Of a stretch of DNA of 64,000 bases, positions 13,331-26,200 are shown one piece after another. The stretch lies in contig NC_135258.1 of assembly GCF_964204865.1 (NCBI RefSeq), forward strand, positions 12,586,001 through 12,650,000, written 5' to 3'. The notes under the pieces are model-generated. The model was not told where the DNA came from. It saw only the letters and a list, made by a program, of their open reading frames with translations, and made no database searches. The position numbers were made by a program, and so were the translations under genes. Numbering within the stretch: the stretch's first letter is position 1; every line of letters starts with the position of its first letter. This DNA comes from Styela clava (taxonomy: Eukaryota).

Positions 13331-15044
13331 TCGTCAGAACTTTCGGACTCGACCTGTAAAATGAAATATCACGAAATGAGAACAAAGAACAACATTATAT
13401 TACTTGTTTCGATCAATGAGTGAGCAAGATATTTGTCAGAAGATATTTTCGGTGTCTGTGAGCGATCAGTTGTGTAATGCTTCATTAGAAAAAAAACTAT
13501 GTAATCATTATTTGAAAATATTATGAACCTGAAAGCCGTTGTTTTCGTCTTTTCTGATATCGTATTCACTATCTGACTTGACCAACTACTAGTAAGATCG
13601 TGTAATAGGGGTGTTACGTAGGTTCCCTAGGATTAATGTAGGGATTCCAAATCCAATATTCGAATATCGCGATCTTCAAATATCGTTTTTTCGTGTCCAT
13701 ATGAATATGGCGCACGTATCCTAGCGCCGCCGTCCACGTTTTGATTTAAAAGCATTTAAGATTTTTTTTATCGCATTCGAAGGCCGCTGACATAAATTAT
13801 AGCCGACATTAAAGGATAACACGTCGAGGGTGTTTTGGATTGGAATTAGTTTACAATTATTATCATATATTTCAATTTAGGGTGTACTAGCTAGGGTACT
13901 GTGTACTGAACCCGGCAACCACAAGGAATCAACGTAAAAGACTGAAACTCAACGAAAACGAACCTAAAACAAACAACAACAAACCATACAAAAAAGTTCA
14001 AAAACAAACACTGGAACATCTTCAAATGTCGACTGAATATCATTCTTCTAGACTAGAGTCTAGACAGCACAATAGAGACAGACTCAACCCATTCATCTCT
14101 AATATTCTCGTATTTTTAGTATATTATTTCTAACCGACTATTGATCTTTATCATTTGCAGCCATATCTTGTTTTATATGAAGGAGTTAAACTATGATCTA
14201 ACGCAAGCTCATAAATAAACTTACTATTTCGTGAAAATAGATTTTGTTATTCCTATTTCAATTTAGTCGAGATAGTTTGTGCGGCTTCGGCCATAAATCT
14301 AAAAGAAAATTGTGTCGTAATCAATTGTTGTAATCTGTCGTTTCGATTGTGACCGAACATAACGGAAATTATTTCATTTCTCGCAATTCAGAGCGTATAA
14401 AGTAGCTCTCAAATATTATTTAGTATGTATCGCGGATTTTATCGTGATCCTGACGTCGTTGATGACAATATCGTTCAGTTCAAGTCGGTGGTATTAATTA
14501 AAATCGTAACAGCTGACATGAAATTTTTTTAACTCAGCGCCGCCTCGAAAAATGAAAAAGTAAAACGTTCTCCGGTCCTAATTCTCCTTCATTGGTAATG
14601 ACAATGGTAAATAAACAAAGGTACACAAACATACCGTTCGTAGTTTTTATTCGTTATTTCACTGTTCTTTCTGTGTGTATTAGGGCCTTTACAGTTAAAA
14701 TGCGTACCCACTTACGGAATTTTCCACTTGCGAACGGGCGTCCGGAACAAATCAATTTCGTAGTTAGAGTTTTCTACTGTATTTGGTGGTATCAGAATTA
14801 TATCTGGTTTCGGCAACTGAGCATAATGGTATAATTTATGACGACAAATTTACCATGAAGGCTGCGGTCAGTGAGTGTTCAACTAGGGCTGGCGAAATGT
14901 CAATGTGTGTCCGATTAGCGCCACCGAAACACAGTCAGTGCGTGTACAACAAGGGCTCTGCCTCTGTTATTCAGAACTATGTAGGATAGAATTTACAATC
15001 TAAAATCTAATCTAAAAAAAAATCCAATCTAAAAAAAAAATTGA

Positions 15045-15180
15045 ATTTACATATTTATCCCGTCGAGAGGAAAGCCGATAAGACGGCTTAATCATATGGC
15101 GAACCATGGCCTCTTGTCCGGTTACCAGTCCAGGTCGGGCATGGGATCAGTTAGCCAGTTTTTTGTTTTCGGAAGAATGG
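15045..15180 (-). mobile_element. SINE 3' fragment
   Basis: ATTTACATATTTATCCC..GAGAGGAAAGCCGATAAGACGGCTT matches 5476-5600. Confidence 0.8.
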
Positions 15181-15548
15181 AATTGAATTGCGTTACGGGA
15201 ATTGGTGTCATTGACCGTATTACCCTGGCCGTAATCGGACTGACTGACCCTAATTGGACACACATGACCTAATTTCGCTAACACTGATAGAACTTTCATG
15301 CTACCACCACTGAAGATGAGGGCAGCTTTTTTGTCTAAGTTATCTTACAGCCGGTATTTTTTGGTAAAGGCGCTGACGTTTCACAGAATTGCAATGTCTG
15401 AATGGCTGTGTTCAAGAGATTGTCAGATTATTTATATTCCTCTTTCAACTAATTACTGAATTATGTTATACATCAGAGTTTGGGTCATGAAAGTCGATTT
15501 ATATTTTTTCGATTGCGCAATCGATATTTACACTAGCTGATAAATTTA

Positions 15549-16937
15549 ATGTCAAATGGAAACATTGATGATGAAATCTCTGCTGCTGAGAGATTGCTAT
15601 CCTGGAGACCAGGGATTCAGTCCAACTCTTTACCATCTAAAGGTGGCCCTAAATTCTTTGGAACCAGTGACACTGTTGTTGAAGAATGTAAGGTGAATAC
15701 ACAATTGGATAAATATGCTTCTGTACTACACTCGGAAAAAGTCAGGAAATTGAGTAATCTGGGAAGTGCGGAATGGATGGAAAGTCTGGGAGTAGCAAAA
15801 ATCACAAAGCAAGGTAAATTCATGCAAAGCATGTGCCATCATAATGGTGAATTTTTTGCCCTTTTTGGTGAAGAGGCATTGTTCCTACTAGACATTGGTG
15901 ACTTAGAGTTAACTTTAAATGGTGTCCCACTGGCACTGCAAGAGGCTTACTCGTTTATACTAAACAATGATAAAAGCTGCTGTAGCTTACAGGATTATCA
16001 GGTGTATTCATATTTGGTCAAACGAGGATATATTGTCCAGAGGTACTCGTTAGATGACAATTGTACTGGACTTGTGGAAAAAGAAAAAGCAAATAAAAGA
16101 AAGCTTCCTAAGGATGATGAATTCGAAGAAGGAAACTCAAAACAATCCAAACAAGATCACAAGGTAGTTTCAAAAGAAATTTTGTCTCCAAAATCATCTA
16201 GAGGTTGGAATATGCAGTCTCTTCCAGCATTATCTCCATATTCACTTTCCCATTGTACTTTCATATTAGATGCAAAATTTTTTCCCAATCTATCAAATAA
16301 GTCATATACGCATTTGCCAAAGCCAGATGCAAGTCTAATACCACCAAATATTGACACACATGAGTATAATATTGAAGAAATCTGGTTTCAACGAATCCAA
16401 AAGGATTATGTCAATGAAAAAAGAAACCCACAACATTCAAATATGATTAACCTTAATGATATTGCGCGGAGGGCAAAAACATGGACTGAATATAAGAAAA
16501 TGGTGAAAATAGCCAAGCATAAAAAGACTGGTAAGCATTTTGAGCTGCTCAATAAGATGCATTCAGGCAATATTAAACCCTTATTACATCCATCACAGGC
16601 AACTAGTGTTGATCAAGTTGTCAAAGAAATAAAACTAACCAATGATGCATCTAATAAGAAATTTCAAAACATGCAACAACATAACCAAACTTGTACTATT
16701 AAATATAATGTGTTTAAGAGTGATTCATTACCTTTCAAAAAAACGAATCCTGGTACACCATTTTGTAGGATAGTTGTAACAACAATTCAGGACGAATTTC
16801 TTGATACACTGACTAATATTACTATTAATAGACAATCAAATAGTGTCCCAGTCAAATATGGAGTTGTTGATTATGGACAAATATCATTTTTTTCCATTGA
16901 TGAAGGTGGTGTTCCCACTATAATTAATGATCCGTGA
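15549..16937 (+). CDS. TSEN54: tRNA-splicing endonuclease subunit Sen54, single-exon CDS
   Basis: Sen54 N-terminal motif EEALFLLDIGDLELTLNGVPLALQEAY..YQVYSYLVKRGYIVQRY; C-terminal FKKTNPGTP..VPVKYGVVDYGQISFFS. Confidence 0.9.
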   Translation: MSNGNIDDEISAAERLLSWRPGIQSNSLPSKGGPKFFGTSDTVVEECKVNTQLDKYASVLHSEKVRKLSNLGSAEWMESLGVAKITKQGKFMQSMCHHNGEFFALFGEEALFLLDIGDLELTLNGVPLALQEAYSFILNNDKSCCSLQDYQVYSYLVKRGYIVQRYSLDDNCTGLVEKEKANKRKLPKDDEFEEGNSKQSKQDHKVVSKEILSPKSSRGWNMQSLPALSPYSLSHCTFILDAKFFPNLSNKSYTHLPKPDASLIPPNIDTHEYNIEEIWFQRIQKDYVNEKRNPQHSNMINLNDIARRAKTWTEYKKMVKIAKHKKTGKHFELLNKMHSGNIKPLLHPSQATSVDQVVKEIKLTNDASNKKFQNMQQHNQTCTIKYNVFKSDSLPFKKTNPGTPFCRIVVTTIQDEFLDTLTNITINRQSNSVPVKYGVVDYGQISFFSIDEGGVPTIINDP

Positions 16938-18053
16938 TAGTGTTTTAATCTCTCATGCTCTAAAATCAGACATGATTTTCAAGATTGGCAATAAATATTA
17001 TTTTCATAAATAAATGAGTCTGATATTTGATAGAAGTTGCAAGGTGATGATGAACATTATCCCGTGTTTCTCTTCGACAACTAACTGCTTGGAAATATTT
17101 CTTCAAATTTGTTGAGGCTGTACTGAAATTATTCATGTTTCATGAAATTTTCTGCATTGTATATCAACAAAACAAAATATATTTTACAATACAGTGTATG
17201 TGCTTTAGTTCCAATGCTGAATAGGATTAGTTAACCTTACATTTTCGCATGTTCCGTTAAGTCAAATATCATATCAGGCAAATCATTGTTCCAAGTGTCA
17301 TCGAGCTACAGTTTTCATTGTGTATTATTAGAGACGTTTCAAAATCTGATTATATCTGACAAATCAGAAAATTTGCCATGGTTCATTTCAAAGGAATATA
17401 TTTGAGTCAACGTCCACTTGCTAATGAAGTGTGTTTTTATGATATGTAGTTTATATATTTCAAAACTGTTTTGAGGAGCATCAGTAATCGCAGGCCCTTT
17501 CCATCAATAATGTAACTTTTATTGGTATAAGAATGCTAATGAAAAATATCATAATTGATATAGATAAGTCGCTCACCAGCTGAAACATTTCCTACAATAT
17601 ACAGTAAGTCATATTTATTAATATACAATTTTAACAGATATATATTTACTACAACAGTATAAACATTGAAAACATGAAATCCACATTTGCAACCTTGCTC
17701 AAAATTATATAAATCCTCCGCTCTTATTATCAATTTATAATGGATAATTTGAAGATTAAACATTATTGCGAAAAGTGCCATCATGAATATATCTATTAAT
17801 GGTCAAACCGAACCATTTTCTACTATTCAAAATAGAAATTCAAAAATATTTCAAAATGAATTGGGGGATGTAATATCGCAGAAATATGAATGTTGATTTT
17901 CTACATTATTCTCAGATATGTTAAAGAAATCATTCAATAGAATACCACTAATTCAACATCTTCTTTCAATACCACCTTACACTTCTCACAGTATGAGTAT
18001 TGGTTCAGAAACAATAATATGTCACAAAAATATCTTGAAAACGCTACATATGA

Positions 18054-18581
18054 CTAACTTTCAATGCCAAATTTGTCAAAATTTCTCAGTATTACATTCA
18101 ATTGTGCATGAACCTTTCCCATAGCAGTTGTATGCAATTTATACCTGTCTGCACCACTGTATATTAATTCTGGATTTTTCAATTGTGGGCATCCGCCAAC
18201 AAAGTATTGCATCAATTCTTCTTTAAATGTTCCATTGGGTTTCCATGTCATGCACTCAACTTCATGTGGTCCTGGAGACGACGGAATGTGAACAAATCCA
18301 TAAGCGTATAGTTCGTTTCTCCCAAATGCATCATGGTGCCAAATCTGCACATGTAGACGTGGCCAGCCCTGAAGTCCTTTAGTTGCGTAATGCAAGTCTA
18401 TTGGATGACAAAATGCAGCGAACTCTTCATTTTGTGGATTGTCTACTTGAGTTTGTCCATCTTTTGAACCTGCTATCAACTTCCAGGCACCTCCTGCGTG
18501 AATTCCCCATTTGCAGAAAAGTCTATGATCTGGAAATTCACTCGCCCCAGTTAACTGACCAATAATATGGACTTCAGCCAT
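18054..18581 (-). CDS. B9D2: B9 domain-containing protein 2 (ciliary transition zone), single-exon CDS
   Basis: 175 aa [53 protein letters not shown]. Confidence 0.95.
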   Translation of the reverse strand: MAEVHIIGQLTGASEFPDHRLFCKWGIHAGGAWKLIAGSKDGQTQVDNPQNEEFAAFCHPIDLHYATKGLQGWPRLHVQIWHHDAFGRNELYAYGFVHIPSSPGPHEVECMTWKPNGTFKEELMQYFVGGCPQLKNPELIYSGADRYKLHTTAMGKVHAQLNVILRNFDKFGIES

Positions 18582-18671
18582 GGTTTGTTTATAAATGGTT
18601 CAACATATTTATGATAAATCTTAAAGGCAAAGTAAAAAAACAAATTAATATAATAGTATGGAACAATTGAC

Positions 18672-18775
18672 GGACTTCCCGAAGTATGCTCACCAAGATG
18701 GCGCACAACCTGAACTCGGGTTGGTAACCAGGTTCAGGTTATGCGACATCTTGGTGCACATACTTCAGGAGTACC
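18672..18775. mobile_element. Palindromic MITE, copy 2
   Basis: Hairpin with perfect 8-bp TSD CAATTGAC (18664-18671 and 18776-18783). Confidence 0.85.
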
Positions 18776-19407
18776 CAATTGACAAACCAAGTATAGCCTA
18801 GCTATATCAAAGTCGTTCGATACTGGAACAATAAAAATGGGAATTCGATATGGAGTTTTTGCACAGTATTAACTTAATGTTAAAACATTGTTTGCTATCG
18901 AACATGACCAAATCGTTAAACATCTATGAATAACTGGATAGAGAGGTTCTGGTATGACACAACATGACAGATGAAATACATTGCTAGATAATGGTATTAA
19001 TTCTTTTAATGGTATTTATTATTCAAAAAATATTTCACTTATTCAGTCTATAGTAAACTGAAGCCGGTCAATACACTACTAGGGTGCGGTACCTGGACTG
19101 AACATACATTCAATTTCCCATTGGCAGCTATGACAATTATTCTTTATTAATGCGCATGTTTATTTACATGTATTGTACCTTTATAAAAGTTTTGCAAGTT
19201 TCCCAAATTTTCGCAATCTTCTGTGTGTTCATTCTTGTGTTTTGTGTATGATTTTTTTTCGGGAAAATCAAAACATACTTATATAGGAACAAAAATAAAT
19301 AACTATGTAGCGGTACCTACAGCATTAGCATACAAACATTCATTTCAGTACTTCAACCGTTATTCATTGATCACATTTATATCCAGCCATACAGGTAATT
19401 CTCAATG

Positions 19408-19512
19408 TAATAAAACAAGATTATATATATGAAACACCGGAATTTAGAATAAATATTTTAATAAAACAAGATTATATATATGAAACACCGGAATTTAGAA
19501 TAAATATTTTAA
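19408..19512. repeat. Perfect 51-bp tandem duplication
   Basis: TAATAAAACAAGATTATATATATGAAACACCGGAATTTAGAATAAATATTT occurs twice. Confidence 0.9.
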
Positions 19513-20252
19513 CTAAAGAAACCGTATCCAGAATCGCAGAACAACAAATAAACCGCGTATCCTGGAGCATTGATGCATTAATTTTAAATCAAGCGGTACC
19601 ACTTAAACCCTTTGGTTACAAAGGTTGAAGTTTATTTTTTAATATATTTTTGGAATTTTGCTTTATTTGTTTTTGTTTTGTGCCAATTTTGAAATGAAAT
19701 ATGTTTTTTTTTAATATCAAATATTTTAAAACAATTTATAAAATTTAATAAAACCACAGCGTTTATATATCTGTTGGCGATAATTTATATCTGCCACAGA
19801 GGGTTAATTTGGCGAGTTGAAATATTTCTCTTTCAGCTCGGCTCTGCTCTAGTCGTCGAAATGCGTTAAAGTGCAAGAAATACCTATAAAAAAAATTCTT
19901 ACGGGTAGCATATACTTACCTAGTGTGTTTCGAATAAATGAGCTCACCGTTCAGTAATGTAAATTTACAGCCTCCTGTTTTGTATTCTGTAATTATTTTG
20001 ACAATAATTCATTAATTGAAATAGGATTTTTTTCCATGTTGTATATATGAATTCTCATTCTTCAACCAATTAAGCCATAACAGTTTAACCAGTTTGAGTT
20101 ATTGGATTAGAATATTTCATTAGTAAATATAGTAGAAATATTTATACTATTTTACTTAAAAATGTTTTCACATTTTTAGACAATTTTACACCATATAAAT
20201 GTATCACGTATGTCAGTAATTCACTTTAGCAAGTTTTCAGCAACACATTATC

Positions 20253-23200
20253 ATGCGATCTGTTCCTCTCTGGTTGGATAAAGTTCAGGACAAAACAACT
20301 GCTGGACAATGGTACAGCATAGTAATTTATTTCTTATAAAAAATTGATATTAAGAATATGAATTTTGGTATAATAATCAAGAATATTATTGTTCAAAATC
20401 ACTTACCGGTGACCATTTTGTTTACTTTCCTCTCGAATGTTTTTACAAAGTTTTAGTTGTACATCTATTCTTTCAGCATATATGACTTGGCATTTAAACC
20501 CGATGGATCTCAGTTGATGGTTGCTGCGGGAAATAGAGTTTTAGTCTATGATCCGAGTGATGGAACACTGGAACAATCACTTAAAGGACACAAGGACTCT
20601 GTATATTGTGTCGCCTTTTCTAGAGATGGTGAGAGATTTTTTATTGCGTTTTGTGGTTTATTTATAGACAGGTTAACAGTGTAACTTCTGTACACAGTTG
20701 TAACTTCTTTTTTGATTATGCGAAATATCTGTTAGTAAGCTCTTTCGTCAAGTTTGTTTTTTCCAACCAGTAAAATAGATCTTTATTAAGCTGCAAGTAG
20801 GGATGGGCAATGTAGAATAATTTACTATTCTAGAATATTCTAGAATAGTTAAATCGAATCCAGAATACCGAATCCTATTCTATTTTCATACTTATTCAAA
20901 TAGTAGGAATTTCTACATTGCTGGATTTAGATGGTAAAAAATTGCAAATGTTATTACTTACTATAAATGTATTATCTATTTGGAAATGTCCTGAACATTG
21001 GACTTCATTTGATACTAAACAGGCAGTTCCCAGGACAATAGAATTTAGGAATATTACAATATTTTTTGCCTTCAATTGTTCCAAATGTATGTGATCCCTA
21101 AATACTGATATGCTAAATTAAGACACGCTTTACACACTTTAATAGTAAGCGGTTAAATACAAAATAGACATGCAACGGCGTTAAATCATTATTAATGTAA
21201 GTCTGCCGAGTATACTAAAACATACCCGCTGAGAATTAATTAGATGCTGAACCAGCATGTGGCCACTGCAACCTATGCTCCGTTGTAAAATATTAAATTT
21301 AAGCACTATCAAATAAAATCAACTTTTTATTCTGTGAGAGCAAGACACGTAAAACCAAGTTCCCGTAAACGCGATTTCGTACTTAGTTATTAGGTAATAA
21401 CATCTGAAGACGAACTCATTTTCTATGATTATCGTTACATATCATTATCTACCCAGACTTAGCCCTACTCAAATTCATACGTCACTATCTTCGCCAGATG
21501 CGGCAACTTTTTTCAAAATTTATCGGCGACTAAAATACTACAGACACTCGATCGAACGTGCGTCTATCTTGAACGATAGAAATGTTATCATTAATCATTA
21601 TCTACCCAGACTTAGCCCTACTCAAATTCAATACGTCACTATCTTCGCCAGATGCGGCAACTTTTTTCAAAATTTATCGGCGACTAAAATACTACAGACA
21701 CTTGATTAAACGTGCGTCTATCTTGAACGATAGAAACGGACCGAAAAATATGTAATTTTTTGAGAGTGAAATTTAAATGTGACAGATGTTTGCGTTTTGC
21801 GATATAACTTTGTATTTCGGAAAATGGTACAATAAAATTATTCGTGAATAATATTTGATCTAAATTAATGTTATAACATTTAACGCCTGGCTTTTGGCTT
21901 ACGTGCATCATTTTTTTGGGAAAACTCGTAGGTCGCGAAAAATCATTTAATTTAAAATGAGGCAAGGCACGTCTGTAAACAATTAAAGATTGTTGTATTC
22001 AGATTATCGGAATATCACCAGTAAGTCGGCACAAATAACGCTAGCTAGATAGCAAAGAAAGAAAACGCAAAAATGGTGCAATAACGAGTTCTCGCTGTGA
22101 GGTTATATTACCGACTTCTTGTCCTGAATATGCCGATTGAAATTACAGTGTTTGATGTTCACCGATTTACGGGTTATTTGCGAGCAGACGCAAGTTTAAT
22201 TAAACGAGAGAGATTTCCACGCGAGAAAAACGCTCGTCTATAATTGATAAATTAGAAACCCGAAATAAAAAAAATGACGCTTGGCGCCGGAGAGGCGGAA
22301 ACCGAATCCTGTTATCGGATCCCGTTGGATTCGAATACTTTGGGATTCGAATCCTCCGGATTCGGTATTCTATATTGCCCATCCCTAGCTGCAAGATGTG
22401 TTATTTAGATTGAAATGAAACAGTAGTAAAGTGGGAAAAAAATTGGCATGGTATCTTTCTGACAACTAGCATGAATTTTTCTCTGTACAATATAAATTGC
22501 TTTGCGAACACTTCACAATTCAACGAAATCTGCTTAGAAAAGTTTCAATAAGCATTGTAAATAGCAGCCCACAATTCCTATATCAAATTATGATTCTAAT
22601 TTACATTCTTCCTAGCAAGGTATAATATAGAATTTTGAATGAATAACTATCTGCTTTAAACTCTTTCTTTTTTTTTTAAAGGTAAACGTTTCGCTTCTGG
22701 CTCAGCAGACAAAAGTGTCATCATATGGACTGATTCGCTGAGTGGGATATTGAAATACACGTATGCTCTTATTGGTTCCTAGCAGGGATGTCCCAAACGA
22801 ATCTAATATTGGAATTAATTTGAAATGATTCATATAAAATTCTTGATTTTAGTTTTAAATATTTTTATTTAAAAATAACCAAGTTGAGTAATCAAGGTAT
22901 CAGCAACAAAGCATCTAACTTCTGAAAATAGTAAAAAATGGATAAAAAATCATTGAATGAATGAATCACTGTTTATTTTAACCTTTTTGGAATTTCCAAA
23001 CTTTTAAAAATACGATTGACTCCTATTATTCTTTATTGATCTCGGGATAGTACCGCAAAATTATTTGTATTTCATTGGTTTACAGTTCTGCATTCTGCAC
23101 AATGGGCATAAGCAGTGTCAAATAAGTGATTTCTGTTTTCTATAACCAACCTCATTTTTATTCACAGACACAATGATGCAATACAAGCTCTTGCATACAG

Positions 23201-26200
23201 TCCTGTAGCCCAACAACTTGTATCATGTGCAGTTTCTGATTTTGGTGAGAGGATTTTTATGAACAGTCGTATTTGTAATAAATAATCAATAAATTCATGT
23301 TAATTTATACATATTTTTTCATTTACCTCTTTTTAGGTCTGTGGTCACCAGAACAGAAATCAGTCAATAAGCATAAAGTGAATAGCAGAATCACATGCTG
23401 CAGGTTGGTATTGTATTTGTGAAAGAATCATTTTTCTACTCAACTAATGGACCATTCATTTTCAAATTGTCAAAGTTGCAAGAAAGCTATTCCTTTTTTT
23501 CAAATTATGTCCAATTGCTATGCCTTATGTTTCTCTGATTTTTTTTAAATTTATGGGAACACTTTTTATGACCTAAGGCAGGGGTGTGCAACCTACGGCC
23601 TGCGGGCCAATGGCGGCCCACAAGGGAAAATTGTGCGGCCGATTTTGAATTGTGTGCGCCCTGGGGAACAAGTTTTCAATTTAGTTCAATTTGGTGTGAG
23701 TGCGAGTAACCCCAATACCTTTGTATTGCAAAGCCTATACCTGAGACCAATTTTTATGACGTTACAAATACAATGCCCTAACAGTTACCTTGTGCAAAGC
23801 GCTTATCATACGACCAAGTACCAAAATTTTTATGCCTGCAACTACTTTAAAGCAAATGTTAAATAAAGGTGCGGCCCGCGGTTTCTTCCAGTTATTGGAA
23901 TGTGGCCCTCCTGTAATAAAGGTTGCACACCCTTGAACTAAGGGAAAACGTCTTTCATCACACTTCCCCCTGACCTTTTTTGTTTGTGAAATTTCCAGTG
24001 TGATATAACGTGTTATTGATATCGTGATGGATTAACTGGTCTTTGTTTATAATGTATTTTATGCTTCTTTTTAGCTGGACAAATGATGGGCAATATTTTG
24101 CAGTTGGATTGTTCAATGGCATTATCAGTATCAGAAGTAAATTAGGAGAAGAAAAAGTTAAAATAGAAAGACCTGGTGGCTCTTTAAGTCCTGTCTGGTG
24201 CTTACAATGGAATCCTAACAAGTATGATCCATCATTATATTCAAGTGTAATACTGCATTATCACCATTTCACACGACCAAACCAATCAGGGCCACAGATT
24301 TGTCCTGAAAGATAATTTGAAATAAACTACTTATCGGTAGTAAAAATCAGAAAAATATGCATAATATGCTCCCCTAATTTTTGGAATGAATATCAGTGAT
24401 AAATGTGCTTTTTATATGCAAAGAAATATGATATAAAACATTATAAACATTATTTGATTCTCTCATTCGTTATGTATTATAAATCATGATTAAGTGTTTT
24501 TGAACTTTGTATCAAATTTTTCCTTTTGTATTCTGGATATTTGTAACTTTAGTATAGGTTTACATTTCTTTATAACAGAGAGGAATCATATGATGTTCTT
24601 TCTGTTGGTGATTGGGGAAAAAAACTTTCATTCTATCATCTTAATGGAAAGCAGGTAGAACTTTTATAGATATTTCATTTTATCTCTCGTTCAGCTAATA
24701 ATTACTCGAATGCTCTTGCTTACCTTCTGGTGTCCTGGAGTAGAATACCATTTTTTCAGTGAAACTCTTTATGAACCAATTTTTCTCTGATATTAATTGG
24801 TATTTAAAATTTTTGATATATCAATTGATGTATTGCAGATCTTTGCTTTATTAATAAAGGCAAATTTTCCAGAAAAGTATCTTAGGAAACAATTCATATA
24901 TGTGATTGGTTGGTTATTTGAACAAGGATTACCAAAGTAGACTTTGCTTCATGAACAATTGCTAATGCAATATGATTCAAGTTTACTCATTTACATATTT
25001 GCTTCTTGATTTCGCAAAATTTCTTGAATTCATTTTGCAGGTACCGGTAATCAAATTTTTTTTTTCAACATGTATTTTGTATATCTACATTCTCAAAATA
25101 CCTTTTTCCGATACCTTAGATCAGGGGTATCTGAAGCTGCGGCCCGCGAGCTAATTTGTTGCGGCCCTCGAATGACCCGACATTTGATACATGAAACAAA
25201 AATTCATTTGATACATGAAACAAAAATTGATCCTAAATTTATTATTGTCTTTACACGGATTTATGTGATAACAAGTGCTGCTGTACGGCACTTATTTTGT
25301 AACAGGGAGCGACGTTCGATTCTTAGTTAAAAATGTCTGCGAAACTTCCAAATTGCTTTGACGGAAAAATATTTTTCCTATGCATTCCAAAACTAGTATG
25401 CACGATATGTCCAATCGGCGTTGCAGTTATTAAGGGATTCAATGTTAATCTCGTTACGCTTACGTATTTTGTCATCGAAAATTCTCCCCTGCGTCACAGC
25501 TCATCTGTGCGACAGTACGAATCGTGTAATGTGCATGTTCGGAAGAATATATTGGGGTGAGCAGCTTCATCTAAAATGCATTACACTTCAATTAAATTGT
25601 ACTCGCTCGTCAGATCCTTATTTGGATGACGTACCGCGGCAAGTTGCCATAAAAACTTTATCCTTCACATTAATAATAAGTGAAAAAACAAGGTATTGTG
25701 GAATAATATATTAAAAAGAGCCACATGCACATCTGATTGTGGCAGGCTTTTAACGCAGCAATAGAAGGTGCGAATGCGCATAATTTGAAGTTTAATGTAG
25801 CGATTGTTCGAAGGCGAACCGGAAACATGTATATTTGGCCCGCAAGCACATAAAGTTTGCCGACCCCTGCCTTAGATTTTCAGATTGAGATGTTTAAAAT
25901 TACAATTTTGGTGTATTTTCAAAAGATTGGCAAGGATGTGAAGCTTGATTTTGATCCATGTACTCTCTGTCATTTTATGAATGGAAAATATCTCATTGTT
26001 GGTGGATCAAATGGAAAATCTTCTCTTTACTCAAGGGATGGTCAATTTCTTGGACTGGTTGCTGATACTGGGGATAAATGGATGTGGGCGTCTGCATGGA
26101 AACCTGACAGTACTACTGTTGTATGTAGTAGTTTGTATAATTCTATATATTTGCTTGTTATTTTTGTAAATTCATTTTAACAATTTCCATCTACCCTTAC

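Noticed and set aside
18880-19640. RFX X-box candidates (ATTGCTAGATAAT, GCAGCTATGACAAT)
   Set aside because: Too many mismatches to distinguish from chance.
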